From positions 24,182,001-24,246,000 of the forward strand of contig NW_024704743.1 in NCBI RefSeq assembly GCF_018977255.1: DNA of 64,000 nt. Reading direction: 5' to 3'. Below are positions 1 to 14,500 of the stretch, piece by piece. Numbering within the stretch: the stretch's first letter is position 1; every line of letters starts with the position of its first letter. The DNA is from Callorhinchus milii. Its lineage: Eukaryota. A model generated the notes under the pieces. The model was not told the DNA's origin, searched no databases, and was given only the letters and a program-made list of their open reading frames with translations. Both the position numbers and the translations under genes were made by a program.

Positions 1-1954
1 TTACAAACTAACACCATCACGTAAACACTGACAGTTCAGATTATTTTATTATGCCAGCCGAGATCGAGGAAATAGAATCCCATCCTTTTATCAAGTGCCT
101 GATGCACCTGACACCAGAGTACCACTTAATTTTTTTTTAAAGAAACAACTAAGTCTGTCCGCTTATTCTTGTAATTTTCCCGCTATTTGCATACAGCTCT
201 GTTCTTCGTCAGCCACTTCCACAGGCTCTGGATCTCTGCCCAAGCGGCCATTAAGCATGGCATTAGCAGTGAGTGAGTGCAGAAGGAATCAAGCCAAGTC
301 TGACGAGCTGGCTGCTACACATGTACAGTGTTGTGGAAAAGGTTAAAGCATGAACCTTGGCTGAACCCAAAAATCCTTCCTAACCCAGGAAAGGCCAGAT
401 CAATCTAGCCTGTCCATGCAACCACAGCTAAGAACAGCAAAAACAGCATGGACGAGAATTCAAACCAGTGAGGCCATGGTTAGTGAACTGCAGCTCTATC
501 CACTACACCAGTGATGGCCAATCTATGGCCCACAAGCGGCTAGGTAAGGTCTATGTTTGATCGGTAGTGTGTTTTTATTTTTTTCTTGATTTATGGTGCA
601 ACTTTCTGCTGGAGACATTGGCAACTAACTCACTGTAGTGGCTTCTCAGCTAAATGTGGCACTGGAAATTTTATGGCAGGTCGGCTGCACAAGCTGGAAA
701 CCGTGCAATGTGAAAGCAGTTATGAAAAAAGTACATGATATTTTGTGGATTCAGCTAACTTTCACAGTCCGTTAATCATAAAAATTGTATGACAGTTGTA
801 CCTGCCATCACTTCAAGAATATCTTTAACCAATTATTAATATATTAAAGAGGTTCTCTCATGACACTTCTTATGATGAGTTTGACAGGCTCACTCATTCT
901 TGCAACCAGTGATAAAATGTAGCTAAGTTTCCATTGATCCATTTGGTAATGAGATCTCCGTTTATCTCTACATGAGCTGTTTTGATCTCTAGAATGAGAA
1001 AGGGTTTGGTCCCAAAGTGAGTAGAAATAATGAGTGCAGAATGTATGGCATCATTGTACAAGTGCTGATACGAGTCATACTGGATAAGTCTAGAAGATGT
1101 GAAAAGCACTATATCAAATGCAAGGATTATTGTTATTACGTGCCAAAATTTTAGAAATTCATTTTCTTGAAGATCACTTCCTAAATAAGGAGGAGCAGAA
1201 CCAGGAAATAAAGCCAGAAACAAAGTCATCTGATATTCAGGAGTACCTACATCCTCCGCTCCTATTATTTCAGCAGCAACAATCAGATAAACGTCTACGG
1301 GTTTTACATTCCATATAGTCTGAATGTATGTCACCTTCCCACTTTTTCCAATAGCATAATTTCTACGCTTATGGCATCTTCTTAATCATAGTAATCCTTG
1401 TATTTGATATAACTCGTTGAGGTGACTCAAAGCACTTCACAGAATATATTGTAAAGTGGAGTGACTTTTTTTAAAATATACTTATGTTTCTCTTGGGGAA
1501 AAAAGAAGAACCACATAAGAGTTGAACCATTCTTTCTGTTAAACCCTTACCAATTTAATGAATTTAAACTAGCATGACCTTTGGAAATGTAGTTTGGATA
1601 GAAAGACAAAACTACACAAGAGTGAAAAGAGAGCTGGGCTGTCAGCACCTCCATTTCAGTATTGCAGTCCATGCCACAGGATCCATAACAAAGTGGATCA
1701 CATGGCCAGAAATCAATGGATTTTTTTTAACGTTAGGACAGTGATTAGTTAAGAAACAGCACTTCAATCACATAATACATCACTTCAATCATTCTAAAAT
1801 TTATAGGAAGCCTTCCAAATCTTGCTTTCCATTCCTCACCTCCAAGTCTGTGTACTTTAAACCATTCATAATAAAGTTCTTCCACCTAACGTCAATTCAC
1901 CTGAATGCTGAATTGTGTCAAATGGTTCAAAATAGTTAGCATTGTGTTGAAATA

Positions 1955-2380
1955 ATAATCTGAATCCCTGCATTTGATATCGCCACTTTCCACTTTCAGA
2001 TCAGGAAGAAATCTCAAAGTGCATCAGAGGATTTACCACGAAGTATAGTGACTACGTATTTTGCAGGCAATCACGTTATCCAAATTGCGCCCAATAATGT
2101 CCCACAAATAGCCATGAAGTGAATGACGATATTATGTGTGTGGGCGTTGGCCAGGAGAAACGCATTTCAAATAGTGACTTGGGATATTTAATGTCCACGT
2201 GAACAGGCAGACAGTACCTTGGTTTAACAACTCATCTGAAAGCAGCACCAGCAGCAATGCGGCACTCCCCTAGCACAGTGTTGGGCATGTCAGTCTACAC
2301 TGAATTCAAAGCCCCTATATGGGGCTTGAACGCACAACATTGTGACTCGTAAGCGAGTGTGCTACCAATATAGTCAGGCT
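1955..2380 (-). mobile_element. DeuSINE-like element
   Basis: Aligns by eye with 58985-59420. Confidence 0.68.
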
Positions 2381-2458
2381 GATGCCTATTATTGAAAACT
2401 ATTGCTGTTATTGTATAAAATAGTATTTTACACAGTAAATTAGTGTGGCCCAACCTAC

Positions 2459-2555
2459 CACTCTTGATGAATAAATTTGATACTACCAGTGCAGACACAA
2501 GGATGGTAAAGTGGTTTATCCATTGTTCCTTCTGACCGGCAAACCCGGCATATAT
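2459..2555 (-). CDS. MARCHF6: MARCHF6 coding exon 2 (RING-CH start)
   Basis: Acceptor TTTTTTCTTTCCCTCTAG|, donor |GTAGGT; 97 nt encoding (D)[31 protein letters not shown](C). Confidence 0.96.
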
Positions 2556-5500
2556 CTAGAGGGAAAGAAAAAACAGGAATTATTCTCATCACTCACTAAC
2601 ATTTTGCAAATGCTTACCTCTAGTTTAGAAATGTACTAGATTCAGTTCCCTTTACCTTGCTGGGCTGATCATAAGTGTTGATTATCATATATTCAGAAAG
2701 TTAAAACTTAAAAGTCTATACCAATTAGCTTATACCTACTGAAAACAACAGGACTTAAACATCTACTTGTGTGCACAGTGTCAGGACAGTAACCATCACG
2801 GTAACCATTGCACCTCCAAATTCATGTGCCCCTGCTATGTACCCAATGTGCCAACATGTCAGTCACACAATTCCACATGTCTCTGATCAATGGCTGTTAG
2901 CAAGGCAACATGTGAAGGTTGGGGTTATTTCCTCACGTTAAGGGAGGATGAAAATAGAAACATAAAATTAGAAGACAAGTCAACACCAGTTGCTCCAAGC
3001 AATTGAGTGAAGTCTGGCAAAGACAAAGTCATAAAATAGTCAACTTACGACTAAGGTGCCCCAGGTGACCTTAAAGAATGGAATACAGGTGGGGAAAAAG
3101 AAACACACGAAACATGCCACTTCCACAAATTTGTTATTTTTCATAGCTGCAGTACTATTCTACAGCTACATAACTCCAACAACAACAACATTACATTTAC
3201 AGAGCGCCCTTTACACCAGGAGGACGTCCCGAAGCGCTGAATAGTCAGGTGTCGGGGCCCGAACATGGGGGAGGTGTGGTGTAGGAGTGAGGGAAGGCAG
3301 GGAGGTGGGAGGGCGACCAAAGGCACGGTCGAAGAGAAGGGTCTTGAGACCGGCCTTGAAGAAGGCAAGGGAGGAAGCGAGGCGAAGGGACTGTGGGATG
3401 GAGTACCAGAGTGTGGGGGCAGAGAGGCTGAAAGCTCGGCCACCAATGGTAGGACGGGTCGGGCGGGAGACATGGAGCAGACCGGAGCCCGATGAACGGA
3501 GGGAGCGGGCAGGTTGGTAGGGAGTCAGCAGGTCAGAGAGGTCGAGAGGGCAAGGCCATGGATGGCCTTAAAGGTGAGGACGAGGATCTAGAACTCGATC
3601 CTCTGGGGGATGGGGAACCAGTGGAGTCAGGCAAAGTTGGGAGTGATGGGGTCGTGGAGTCTGGTGTGCGAGAGTACACGAGCTGCAGAGTTTGGGATAA
3701 TCTGCAGCTCGTGAAGGGAAGAGTTGGGAAGGCCGATGAGGAGGGAGTTCCCGTAATCAAGCCTTGATGTGACGAATGTGTGGGTGAGGGTCTCGGCAGC
3801 CTGAGGGGTGAGGCAGTGGTGGAGTCTGGCAATGTTGCGGAGGTGGTGGTAGGCAGTGCGGTCATGGCGCGGATGTGGGGGAGAAAGGACAGTTCAGGGT
3901 CAAACAAGACACCCAGGTTCCTGACTGGCTTAGTGAGGTTGAGTGTGCAGCCGTGGAGGCTGATGCTGCCAGCGCCTGAGGTGCGAGGCGTGTGAGTTGG
4001 AGAAAGTTGTCCCTCGTCCAGAACTTGATGTCCGACAGGCAGTCGGTCAGGACGCCGGTAGTCCTGGAGTTCAGGGTGGAGGCAGAGAGTACTCCAGTAC
4101 TATTCTACAGCTACATACCTCCAGTACTATTCTACAGCTACACACCTCCAGTACTATTTTGTATCACAATGTGGATTCACAATTGTTTACAACATTCTCA
4201 GTTTCGCAAGAGAATTCTTTCCCCTTACGATAACTATAGTAATGAAGTTAATCTGTCAATGGGAATGAATATGCATCGACTATTTAAAACTTCTGGTGCC
4301 AACTATTTGAATAGTTAAGGACAACTTGTTCAGGTGACTGGATTTCTATGAAAGTGCGATGAAAAGATTAAATATTAGTCATGCAAACCACTTGCTCGAA
4401 GTGGTCGTACTGACCACAAAATAAAACATTACATAATCTCATGAGAAAATGCTATACCACTATCACTGTATGCAATGAGCACATTAAGTTCAAAAGTCAC
4501 TAAACGTAACAAAAGATTGATTACGAAGAGTGGAAAGGAGAAAAATACGATTATTTCTCCATAATACTGGAGTTGACCTGGATGGTGTATGTCAAGAGTT
4601 TGCAATCTTCCCACGAACATTTGCAACAGACTTCAGTAAAAAAAAGTCATAATGCTAATAACTTCAACACATAAAACTATTTTAGTTAGAAGATGGTCAT
4701 TAATTATTTAGCACATTGGATATGGTTGCCACATTTCACCTGCAACTAGCAACAGATTTCCTTTGACATGATTACTAGGTTTTTAGATAATATCTCAGGA
4801 TATTCCCAATTCTCACAGATATAAATTGTCACAAGAAGAGTGAGAAGAGAGCTTACATTTTTTTTTAAACAGAGTAGTTGGGATGTTGAATACCCTGCCA
4901 ACTAAGGTGGTCACTTGTGGGCTTCAAAGGGGAAGTAAACAGGTATATATGAAAGTTAGAGGACTGAAGGGGTTTGGGGATAGGGACCGATAGCACAGCT
5001 TGCTCTAAGAGCAGTGCAGACTTAATGGGCCAAATGAGTTTCCCTGTAAATTTCCATAATTCATCCAAATTGATGGCACCTCCAACAATGCAGTGGAGCT
5101 CTCCTCCAGCTCTGCACCAAAATGTCAGCCAAGACTATGAGCTCCAAGTCCAGATGTAGGCTTCAACTGACGATCTTGACTCTAGAACAGTTGCGACTGA
5201 TTTTCAATAATAAACGACCTCTATTCAGCAACCACCTGTCTAACGCAACCAGTGTCCACTCTGTTAGCCCCGTCAGTTTACAGATGCCCTTTCCAGCAGC
5301 CAATTCTAAGTGAATTTAAGTGTACTTGCCTCCTTCAAGGCACAACTCAAGACCTTCCTCTTCACCGGGCCTTCGATCACCCTCCTTACCCCCTCATACC
5401 CTCCACCCTCCCTTTCTCCATTTACCAATGCCTGCTAAGCAGCCCACATAATGCACACAGCTTCCCATCTCACTGGTAAACAGCATTGGTAAATGCGCTA

Positions 5501-8500
5501 GGAGTCTACTGGGAGTCTACACAAGGACCCGTGGAAACCTCTAGTCCATAGGAGAGAAAAAGAATGTTAAAAAATAAATTGGAGAAAGGAGAAAAACGTG
5601 CCACACTCTCATATAGTTATAAGCTCCTACAGTTTAATGTTTCAATAGCTTATTCACACTGATCACTGGAAAAAATAAGTTGCACTGGGATCATACTGTG
5701 TCCTTATAAAAGAACTCTTAATCCACGTGAACAGTAGATTTGGAGTTAATCATTGACGTCCATCGTAACTGCTAACGCAGCCACGGTCACATTTGCCTTT
5801 GCTGCCAGTTTCTTTTCTGTGTGAACTTCCAACTCATCTTAGGATGACATGATTTACAATCAGTCCACAAAAACAGATTTCCATTGGAGAACACAAACCA
5901 GCCCCAAAGACCACCTTTTTTTTTTACCTCTACACATTTATACAAGTTTTGTTTTAAAACATGTGATGCAGTCATACTGATGACACAGCTTTCTGTAAAC
6001 TTAAGTAGTTGACAACTGCAGTATATTAACATTTTTACACATCAATTAGGGTACACTGGTGACAAAAATGTAGAAATGAAATATGAACAGCTGTTAGAAC
6101 TTAATATTCACTCTATCCATTTAACTGTTTGCAAACTCCATTAAGACCCTGAAAGAAACAACTAGATTCCAAACTACTCCTCAGACCAGCACTAACGGAG
6201 ACTACAAATTGAGCAGTTTTATTCTTTAGAGGTTATATCTAATTTACCGATAGCGTTGCATTTTAAATTAGCATAGGCATCATGATCCTACATTGTTTAA
6301 TTACATGAGACACGCTGTTTCAAGTCTATGATCCTCTCTTCAACCCACAAAAGTCAATCCCACACAAATCTTCATAAACGATTAGTTTACTCACTTTTGA
6401 GAGTTAAAACAATATCTCAGAAAGCCAACAAAATAGTTTGCAGTCTGAACGGGTTTTACTATTGAAACCTGTAGATTCTAAGTACCCATTTATAAATTTA
6501 AGCCCAAGTCAATGATGTGGCTGTTTAGATATTCATTCGGAATAAAGTTTTACTGCAGTAAAAAGTTAACTGACAAACAAAGCTACTCTGTGAACAAGGT
6601 TTGTACTTTCATCGAAAGGTATTTCCCTTCAGACAACTGTGAGGTTAACATAGGTAGGCAGCTTGTAAGAGTACTGAGCAGTTTGTTGTGGAGGAATGTT
6701 GTGGAATTTATAGCACAGAGACTGTCACTCTGCTCCAATGGTACCCACATTTGCAAATTGCCTTCGCAGCACAATTATTTTTTCCTCTCTCGTTATTTCA
6801 TCCTTTACCAAAGAATACTCCGTTCTTGTTCCTTCAATTCAACTCGCATCACTGATGCTTCTATTATCCCTCGCATCAGAATCACACAGAATATTACATT
6901 AAGCAACAGCAGTAAAATGCTGCCAAGATTGGAGACTCCTCTGACACTAAACTGTAATGGGACAGCTGGCACCGCCAGGGGAATTTAGAGCATGCTATCC
7001 CAGAAACAAAAGATGCAATGTGGGAGGGGGTCTTAGTTGAGATTCTGTGAGAGAGAACAAACAAAATTGCCTCTATTGGTCTAATATGAAGGTTTCAGTG
7101 CTGCTTGGCAATTCATAAAAGGAGGAAATACTATCAAGTGTTCAAAGCAGATTTTTAACTGGACAAAATTACCAGAGTAAAAAACAAATATACGGCTTTA
7201 CTCGCCCTGGAAAAACCATTTTGTGTTACTACTGTTCTTCTGCAGTCAACTGCATTGCTGTTCTCTACAGTAACATCTGTTGAAATCTATAAAACCATCA
7301 AAGAGGAAATCAGATACATTACTTTATTTGATGCATTTGTTGGTGCAAATTACCTCCATAAAATTAATTACTAATTATCGGGGTTTAACACACTCAAGAC
7401 ACTTTTACACGTGAACGGCAAGCTTTTAATCACGTTATGTATGATACATGAACACACAGAGGGCAGGGTCCATGTTGAGTTTCTAACCTCAGCTGCGATT
7501 TAAGAGATAAGACAAATGTATTATATTTGTGATGTCTAATGATTTGTTTCAAGGCTTTTAATTAATCTTTTATATACATTTAGAATGTAAACTACCCATA
7601 CTTATTTAATCCGATTGATTTGATTTAATAACTAGCTTAGCAGGGGTTAAAATTAGCTTTGCCGGACCAGTCGAGGTCAGCTTCTGATTACATGCCATAG
7701 TTTCCTGGGGTGATGTTCACGCCTCTGAGATAATGAGTAATCGGGTCCTTGAGCATAGATGTAAGAACAATGAACCATAGAAAGAAAAGGCTACAGCCTC
7801 AGACACCTGCCTATCTTAATGCTAAGAAACAAGCAGCTGTGGAAGGCTGCCCAGAAGTTGTACATATCTCTCTCTCTGCAAAAGCAGCCTGCGAAGGGTG
7901 GGGTCTATCTCTGCGACAAGGAGATAATAATGTTATTATTAATTATTATTAATATTATTCTTATGGAGTTAGTAACACAAAAGATGTAATTTGGGTACAG
8001 TGAGAAGTCAGGTTGGAAGGTCAACACTTCTTCCCAGTGGAACCGGGCAATATCATTTTTACTGTATCTATTGTCTCAATTAGAGCTTGTTTAATTTACA
8101 TAATACTCTGGATTATTACACAACTGTATTAGTCCTCTCTATCCAAATCTCTTACAAAAAAAGACCAAGTACTTTCACACAAAGAACGAGGAAGAGGGTG
8201 TTTTCCAAATGTTCATTCAGTGAGGAGTCGAGCCAAATAGAACAGGAACATCCCAGGTGGGGCATGAATAAGAGGGAAAGGAAGAATTTACAAAGTTTTT
8301 TTTTTGCGGTTAGAGTCCTAAAGGTCAGAGAGAAAGTGAAAGGCCAAATTTACATTGCTTTGGAACTTCGTCTGAGCGCTAAACAGTGTCATAGCGAAAA
8401 GGAAACGGGGGTGACTGAAGACAGTGGAAGAGGAAAGTCTTCAGATGTGATTTGAAGATGAGCAGATGAGCAACACAGAGGGATTGAGGCAATGAGTTCT

Positions 8501-11500
8501 AGAGAATCTGGGGATAATGGCTCATAAGGCAAATGATGTTCGCACAAGTATTACCATTCTGCCGTCAATACTTAAGCATTGTAATGCTGTCCAGAAGTTT
8601 GTACACGTAGAAGAAAACCACCACGTTTCATTTTGGTGATTTAGACTCAAAAAATGGTATCGGAGGTTGGGAGATATGCCTGACAGTGCTCCCACTATTT
8701 TTTCTGTTGTGCTAGTTATTTGCCTCACGAGGGGATTACAAAATAAATTCTAATGGGAGCCCACAGATGGGAGAACTTCTTGGCAGCAATAGAATACTTA
8801 CGTTCACGACCCTGAGACGTCCGCACAGGCACAGATCATCAACAGGTCAACTCACTCTGACGCCAACTTTTCACTTCGGGCTCCAAAAAAAATAACTACA
8901 CATTTTACAACACTGTATGTGGCGACCTTCAGAGACAAGCTTGGGTTGAAACACACAAATGTAAAAGTAGTGTAAGCACACATTCTATATCAAAAAAATG
9001 CAACAACTTGCAGACGAATTCCCCTCATCTGCCTCTCCAATCAGCCAAGATGGCTGATACCTGAGAGGACTACAAAGCTGACGGCCTCAGGACCCAAACC
9101 GCCAACAAGAGCAGACCCCGCATTCCTCTTTCCCATGAAAATGATTACTAGGTGGTCATTGGACTTAATAAACACCGGAATCTACAATACGTTTTTGGAA
9201 TCCTGGTTTAAAAGAAATGCGTTTTCCCTGTGAAAATCACGGTACGTTTAGTAACTTGCAGCAATGGAAAAAAACAGCAATAAACGTTTTTACGACAATT
9301 TACATTCAACAAAGCGCAATACACTTTCTCTTTTAATGACATTTCTTAACAAATTACTTATATTACTGGTTTTATTTATTTTAACATATTTCTTAGATTA
9401 TTTAAAAACATGGTGTTGCAGTTTTATTTAGTTTTTTTGAAAAATTACCTATTCAAGAGAAGACAAAGGAATTTCAAGGCATCGGACTACAGAGGATCTT
9501 AACGTCAAGTCCAATGTAAAGTGTGATAAACAAAATCAACCACTCTCAAAAATCATAAAATGCTGTGAAATTCCACTGTCTGATTTACTGGTCAAACCCA
9601 AACGTTCATTCATTTTGAATTGGATAAACACACTGATAAATAGTAAAGTACAAATAGTGAAACTGCCAGCAATTATCAGAGGCCTTGAAAATCTATTACA
9701 CAATTACGGTACTGTCTGCAAGGCCCTGTACTGTGGTGCAGGAGATAGAGCCCATATTTAACCAAGGTACTGATAAATTTAGTGATAGTTTCACATGACT
9801 CATCCTTCCAGCAGTATTTAACTCCCTCTCAACTTCATTCAACCCTTTGTCCAAAAAAAGTCCTAACATTGATGTACACTTTCTAGTTTACACAAAGCTG
9901 GACACGTAATGGTGACCGTCTACCCACCCCCCACCAGCACACAAGGTTAGCAACACATTTCCTACACATCGTGTCAAATCTACTCATCTGTAACCCAAAC
10001 AACCATGGATCACATAATTGCTCAAATTTTCTTTCATTTGCTAGGTCAAGATCTCCTATTGCCCAAGACAAGTTACAACAAGAAATTGCATCCTCCGACG
10101 AACTGAATCTCAACTGAGCGATATACAGTATAGCATATCAACAGTTCTTAATGTACTTTGTACAGAACACATACCTAAAAATGTGCTACAATACTAATCA
10201 ACTGTACAAAGTTACAACACTTTCTAGGTTTGGTTGAAGTCATGAAACACAGCACGTCCTTAAAATTTATCCCTTAAATGTTGTAGTCACTTTTAAGTTG
10301 AGGGTTTATTTTGTGGTTACACCAAGGTTAAATAGTGCATCTTTATTATTGCATGCAGAATTAAGTGAAGACTGTCATAAAAACATAAAACCTCATATTA
10401 AAAGGTTTTAGATGTGAATGTTAAATCTTCACTAGCCTTGCAACACTAAAATCCTATTTTTAGTCTCTTCAGCCTTTTGCTCCAAGAGTTTTACCTCCCC
10501 AAATCATTGCACATTCACTGTCTTCACAACCTCTTCTCGCAACAATATTCCAGAAGTAGTGATAATAGATAAACTGCACCTTCCAGATTTGTTACTTTAT
10601 ATATAGGGCTTCAGTTTCTCGTGGTTTAAAAAATAATTTTTCTGTTTTTTTTGCATTTTTTGGAGTTCTAAAAATTCAGGGGTTTTCACTTACTTTTAAT
10701 GGAAGATTCAGATTCGCCTGCACACATCCAGGGGAGAGAGGCACCTTCATACATGCACAGTGCCTCCCTCTTCTCACAAACACAACACCAGATGGAACTG
10801 CGCACCCGGAGGGGAGAGGCGGAGAGCGAGAGTTACGCACGTGCATTTGGCATCATGACAGGTAACCATTTTTACAGGGTTTTGCGGTGTTTATCGGATA
10901 AACAGCGATTTCTTTTTTGTTTGGGATGGTTTTTCAGTTAAACCCCAAAGTCAGAAGCTCTATTTATATAACCAATAATAATAACATTAATATAATAATA
11001 ATCCTTGCATTTGCTGGAGTTCTGTAGCTCAGTGGTTAGAGCACTCGCTTTGCAAGCGAAAGACCGGAGTTCAATTCCAGGCAGAGGGCGAAACCTTGGG
11101 CAAGTTTCCTTACTCCACACAGAGCCTAATAATAATCTCTCCAAAACCAAAAACAATAATAAATTGGTCATTTTCAATCTACGACTGTTTGTGGGACATT
11201 GCTGTGCGCAATTGGCTGCTGCGTTCGCCCACAAAAATATACAGTCAATTCACTTTACAGTGTGTTCTGTGAAGCTCTTTGGGACGTCCTCCCGACGTGA
11301 AAAGCGCTATATCAAAGTGCAAGGATTATTATTATTATTATTATTATTGATCTAGCGCCTTATCATGTCTTCTAACCACTAAGCTACAGTACTCCACAGA
11401 TAGGTTGTGTGTAAGAGTGAGTCGCAATTTTCTATTGTCACATAAAGTAATTTCAACAGATGTCATTTCTTTGCATTCAGAGACAAAGGAACTGGTGCAG

Positions 11501-14500
11501 TTGCTTTCAAATAGAATTATTTGACAGTCAGAGTCTCCATCCCAATTGCTATGCAATAGGGTATTTCACATAGGAGAAAATCTCAAAGATCTTTACAAAG
11601 TTGGAGTGGGAGTCTCAGCTGTGGCTAAAGACACAGTCAGAAAGGTAAGCATTTAGACTGATTATAAACACAGAGACCAGTTAAAAGAGTTCTGGAATAT
11701 GGCGGCAAAGTGTCTGAAAGCTCACCTGCTGATGATGGGGCACAGCAGGCACGTAACAGACCAGAATTGGCAGTGTTGAGGGGGTTGATTAGGGGCATAG
11801 GATGACAAGAGATCACAGATCTTGGGTTGGGCAAAGCCATGTTGGCCTTTGAAGGCGATGTCAAATTCTTAAGTCAATCTGCTAGAGCTGGGCAAGGATT
11901 GGAAAAATAAGCTTAGTGTGAGTGAAAACGTGCGTTACTTTGGCGTGGGTGACGATAATAATAATGCTTGCATTTGATATAGCGCCTTATCACATCTTCG
12001 AGCCGTCTCAAAGTGCTTCACGGAATATAATGGAAAAATTGTATGATCTGTGGATTGTGCAGAATAGAAGAAGGGAAGTCAGAGGATGGGCAAGTAAGGC
12101 CTGGTTTCAACTACACTGAGGAGGAGGTAGTGTTGGAGATGACGTAATGATGGAGATAGATTAAAAAAAGGCTTCGGGATCTTTAATGCTTTCAAAAGTG
12201 CTTAGCAAAGATTCATAACATTTGGGAGAACATTTTTGAAACAGCTGTACAATCAACTACCTCATAATTTAACTGAAATATAGGTTGTCACACAACACTG
12301 CATTACCTCCCAAGGGACCACATTGGATACTGCCCAAATATATATGATCAAATATTGTGTTGTGGTCAAATATTATATTAACACAAGTGACTGCAACATA
12401 ATAATGACATACTAGCAGGAAGAGTTTACTCACTAAGAAAGACAACAAGAGTTTCAAATTGGAGATATGATCTCTATAATAATCCTTGCATTTTATATAG
12501 CTCCTTATCACGTCTTTGAGACATCTAAAATATTATTATTATATAATCAATATTCTCTTTGGCACATAAAAGTTTACTCCATGCAACAATACTGCTAAAC
12601 GGTTCTGCGATTCTGAAACACACCCATACCTTGCAATTATGCTACAAATAGCATAATGATTTTTGCAGTAGTTACTTCCTGAAAAAAAGTAACACAATCA
12701 ATCAAGAGGCTATGATTGTGCCATGTTATGGGCAAGTGCATTAGAGTGCTACACTATTGCAGCAACCTGGAAGTACAGTATGATGTACCAAGAAAACAAG
12801 AGACTTGCAAGCAATTAAAAGATGTCATCTAATCAAGGTAATATTAAACCTTGAAAACGGCGTTACTGTTTGCCATCTGACAATAGATATAAAAAGTTAA
12901 AATACTGTTTAACCTCTGTCTGATCTTATTAATGTGACATTAATAACAGGACTGGATTCATTTAATAAATAGCTTAATAGATGTAATAGGAAAGTAATAG
13001 AGCATATGTTCTAGAAGGATGATAGCAAATTGACAAAAGAGCCTTCTTCTTCCAAACCTCACTTGTAATCTAAAATATTTAAAAGATAATGATCACAGAA
13101 ATATCAATCAATATCAAATGCTGTTATAATAGTAATCCTTGCATTCAATATAGCACCTTATCACATGTTCGAGACTTCTCAAAGGGCTTCACAGAATATA
13201 CGGTAAAGTAAATTGACTGTATATTTTGTGGGCGAAACGCGGCAGCCAATTGATATAGTGATAAAAACAAATAAACCTAGACGAAAACCGCATGCTAGGA
13301 ACCGAGTCATTATATTTTCTAGTGAACACAGCAGGGAGAATAGGAGAGAATCTCACTAATAATAATCCTTGCATTTGATATAGCACCTTATTGAAAAGCG
13401 CTATATCAAATGCAAGGACTATTATTATTGCATCATCAAAAAAAAACATCTCAAAAGACTTCACACAAGAATTTACTGTGAAATGCAGCGGCTATTCTTA
13501 GGCACAACTACAGCAAACCAGAAGATGTATTTCTGCCCAAGCACCAACGAGCCCACATCAGTTGAAATCCACCCCGCCCCCCCCCACCTTTTCGTACACT
13601 TTAGTACAACAAAATCCTTGGATCATTAATTTTTTTTCTCAAGAAAAAGTTAATTCCACCTATTTCTGATTTCCTGGACGAATGTCGGAGAGACAAAACT
13701 ATTAATTTTTTAAAAAAGAATCAATCCCATATATATATATATATGTATACACACACACACAGACTAAACCTGAAACCTACCCAGATGAGAGACACCCCCC
13801 CCCCACAAAAAAACAGGGCAGAGCGACTCCTTCTCTTCCTCAGCAGACCACCCGGGGGGGCAGAGGGACACTCCAATGATCCCAAATAAAATGTGTTACT
13901 TACGCCGTGGCTACAGACTTACACACCGTGACTCCCCCTCCCCCCCCCCCCATCGGGGTAAACTGATGTTCACTCCCCAACAACCCTGAACACTGAGGGG
14001 ACCCGGGGGGAGGGGGAGTGGGGGGGGAGAGAGGGGGAGTGAGGAGGGGGGAGAGGGGGAGTGGGGGGGGGGGGGGAGAGGGGGAGTGAGGGGGGGGGAG
14101 AGGGGGAGTGAGGGGGGGGGAGAGGGGGAGTGAGGGGGGGGGAGAGGGGGAGTGAGGGGGGGGGAGAGGGGAGTGAGGGGGGGGGGAGAGGGGAGTGAGG
14201 AGAGGGACAGTTCACCACCAACCCCTCGTCCCTCCCCAGGAGAACAACGAGAAGCCTCTCTAAGAAGGCCCGGGCACAGCCGCACTCTCCCCGGGGCCTC
14301 GCTCTGTGTCTCTCTCCCCGGGGCCTCGCTCTGTCCCTCTCTCCCCGGGGCCTCGCTCTGTCTGTGCCTCTCTCCCCGGGGCCTCGCTCTGTCTGTGCCT
14401 CTCTCCCCGGGGCCTCGCTCTGTCTGTGCCTCTCTCCCCGGGGCCTCGCTCTGTCTGTGCCTCTCTCCCCGGGGCCTCGCTCTGTGTGTGCCTCTCTCCC

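Noticed and set aside
1..2458. MARCHF6 exon 3 (LVQWLKHSRKEYCELC)
   Set aside because: No matching sequence found; presumably left of the window
11016..11090. tRNA-Ala-like gene (also 18020-18092, 33300-33372, 60450-60518)
   Set aside because: SINE heads: no intact acceptor stem and contiguous with SINE body and tail
2556..14000. FAME3-type TTTTA/TTTCA repeat in MARCHF6 intron 1
   Set aside because: No such pentanucleotide array is present
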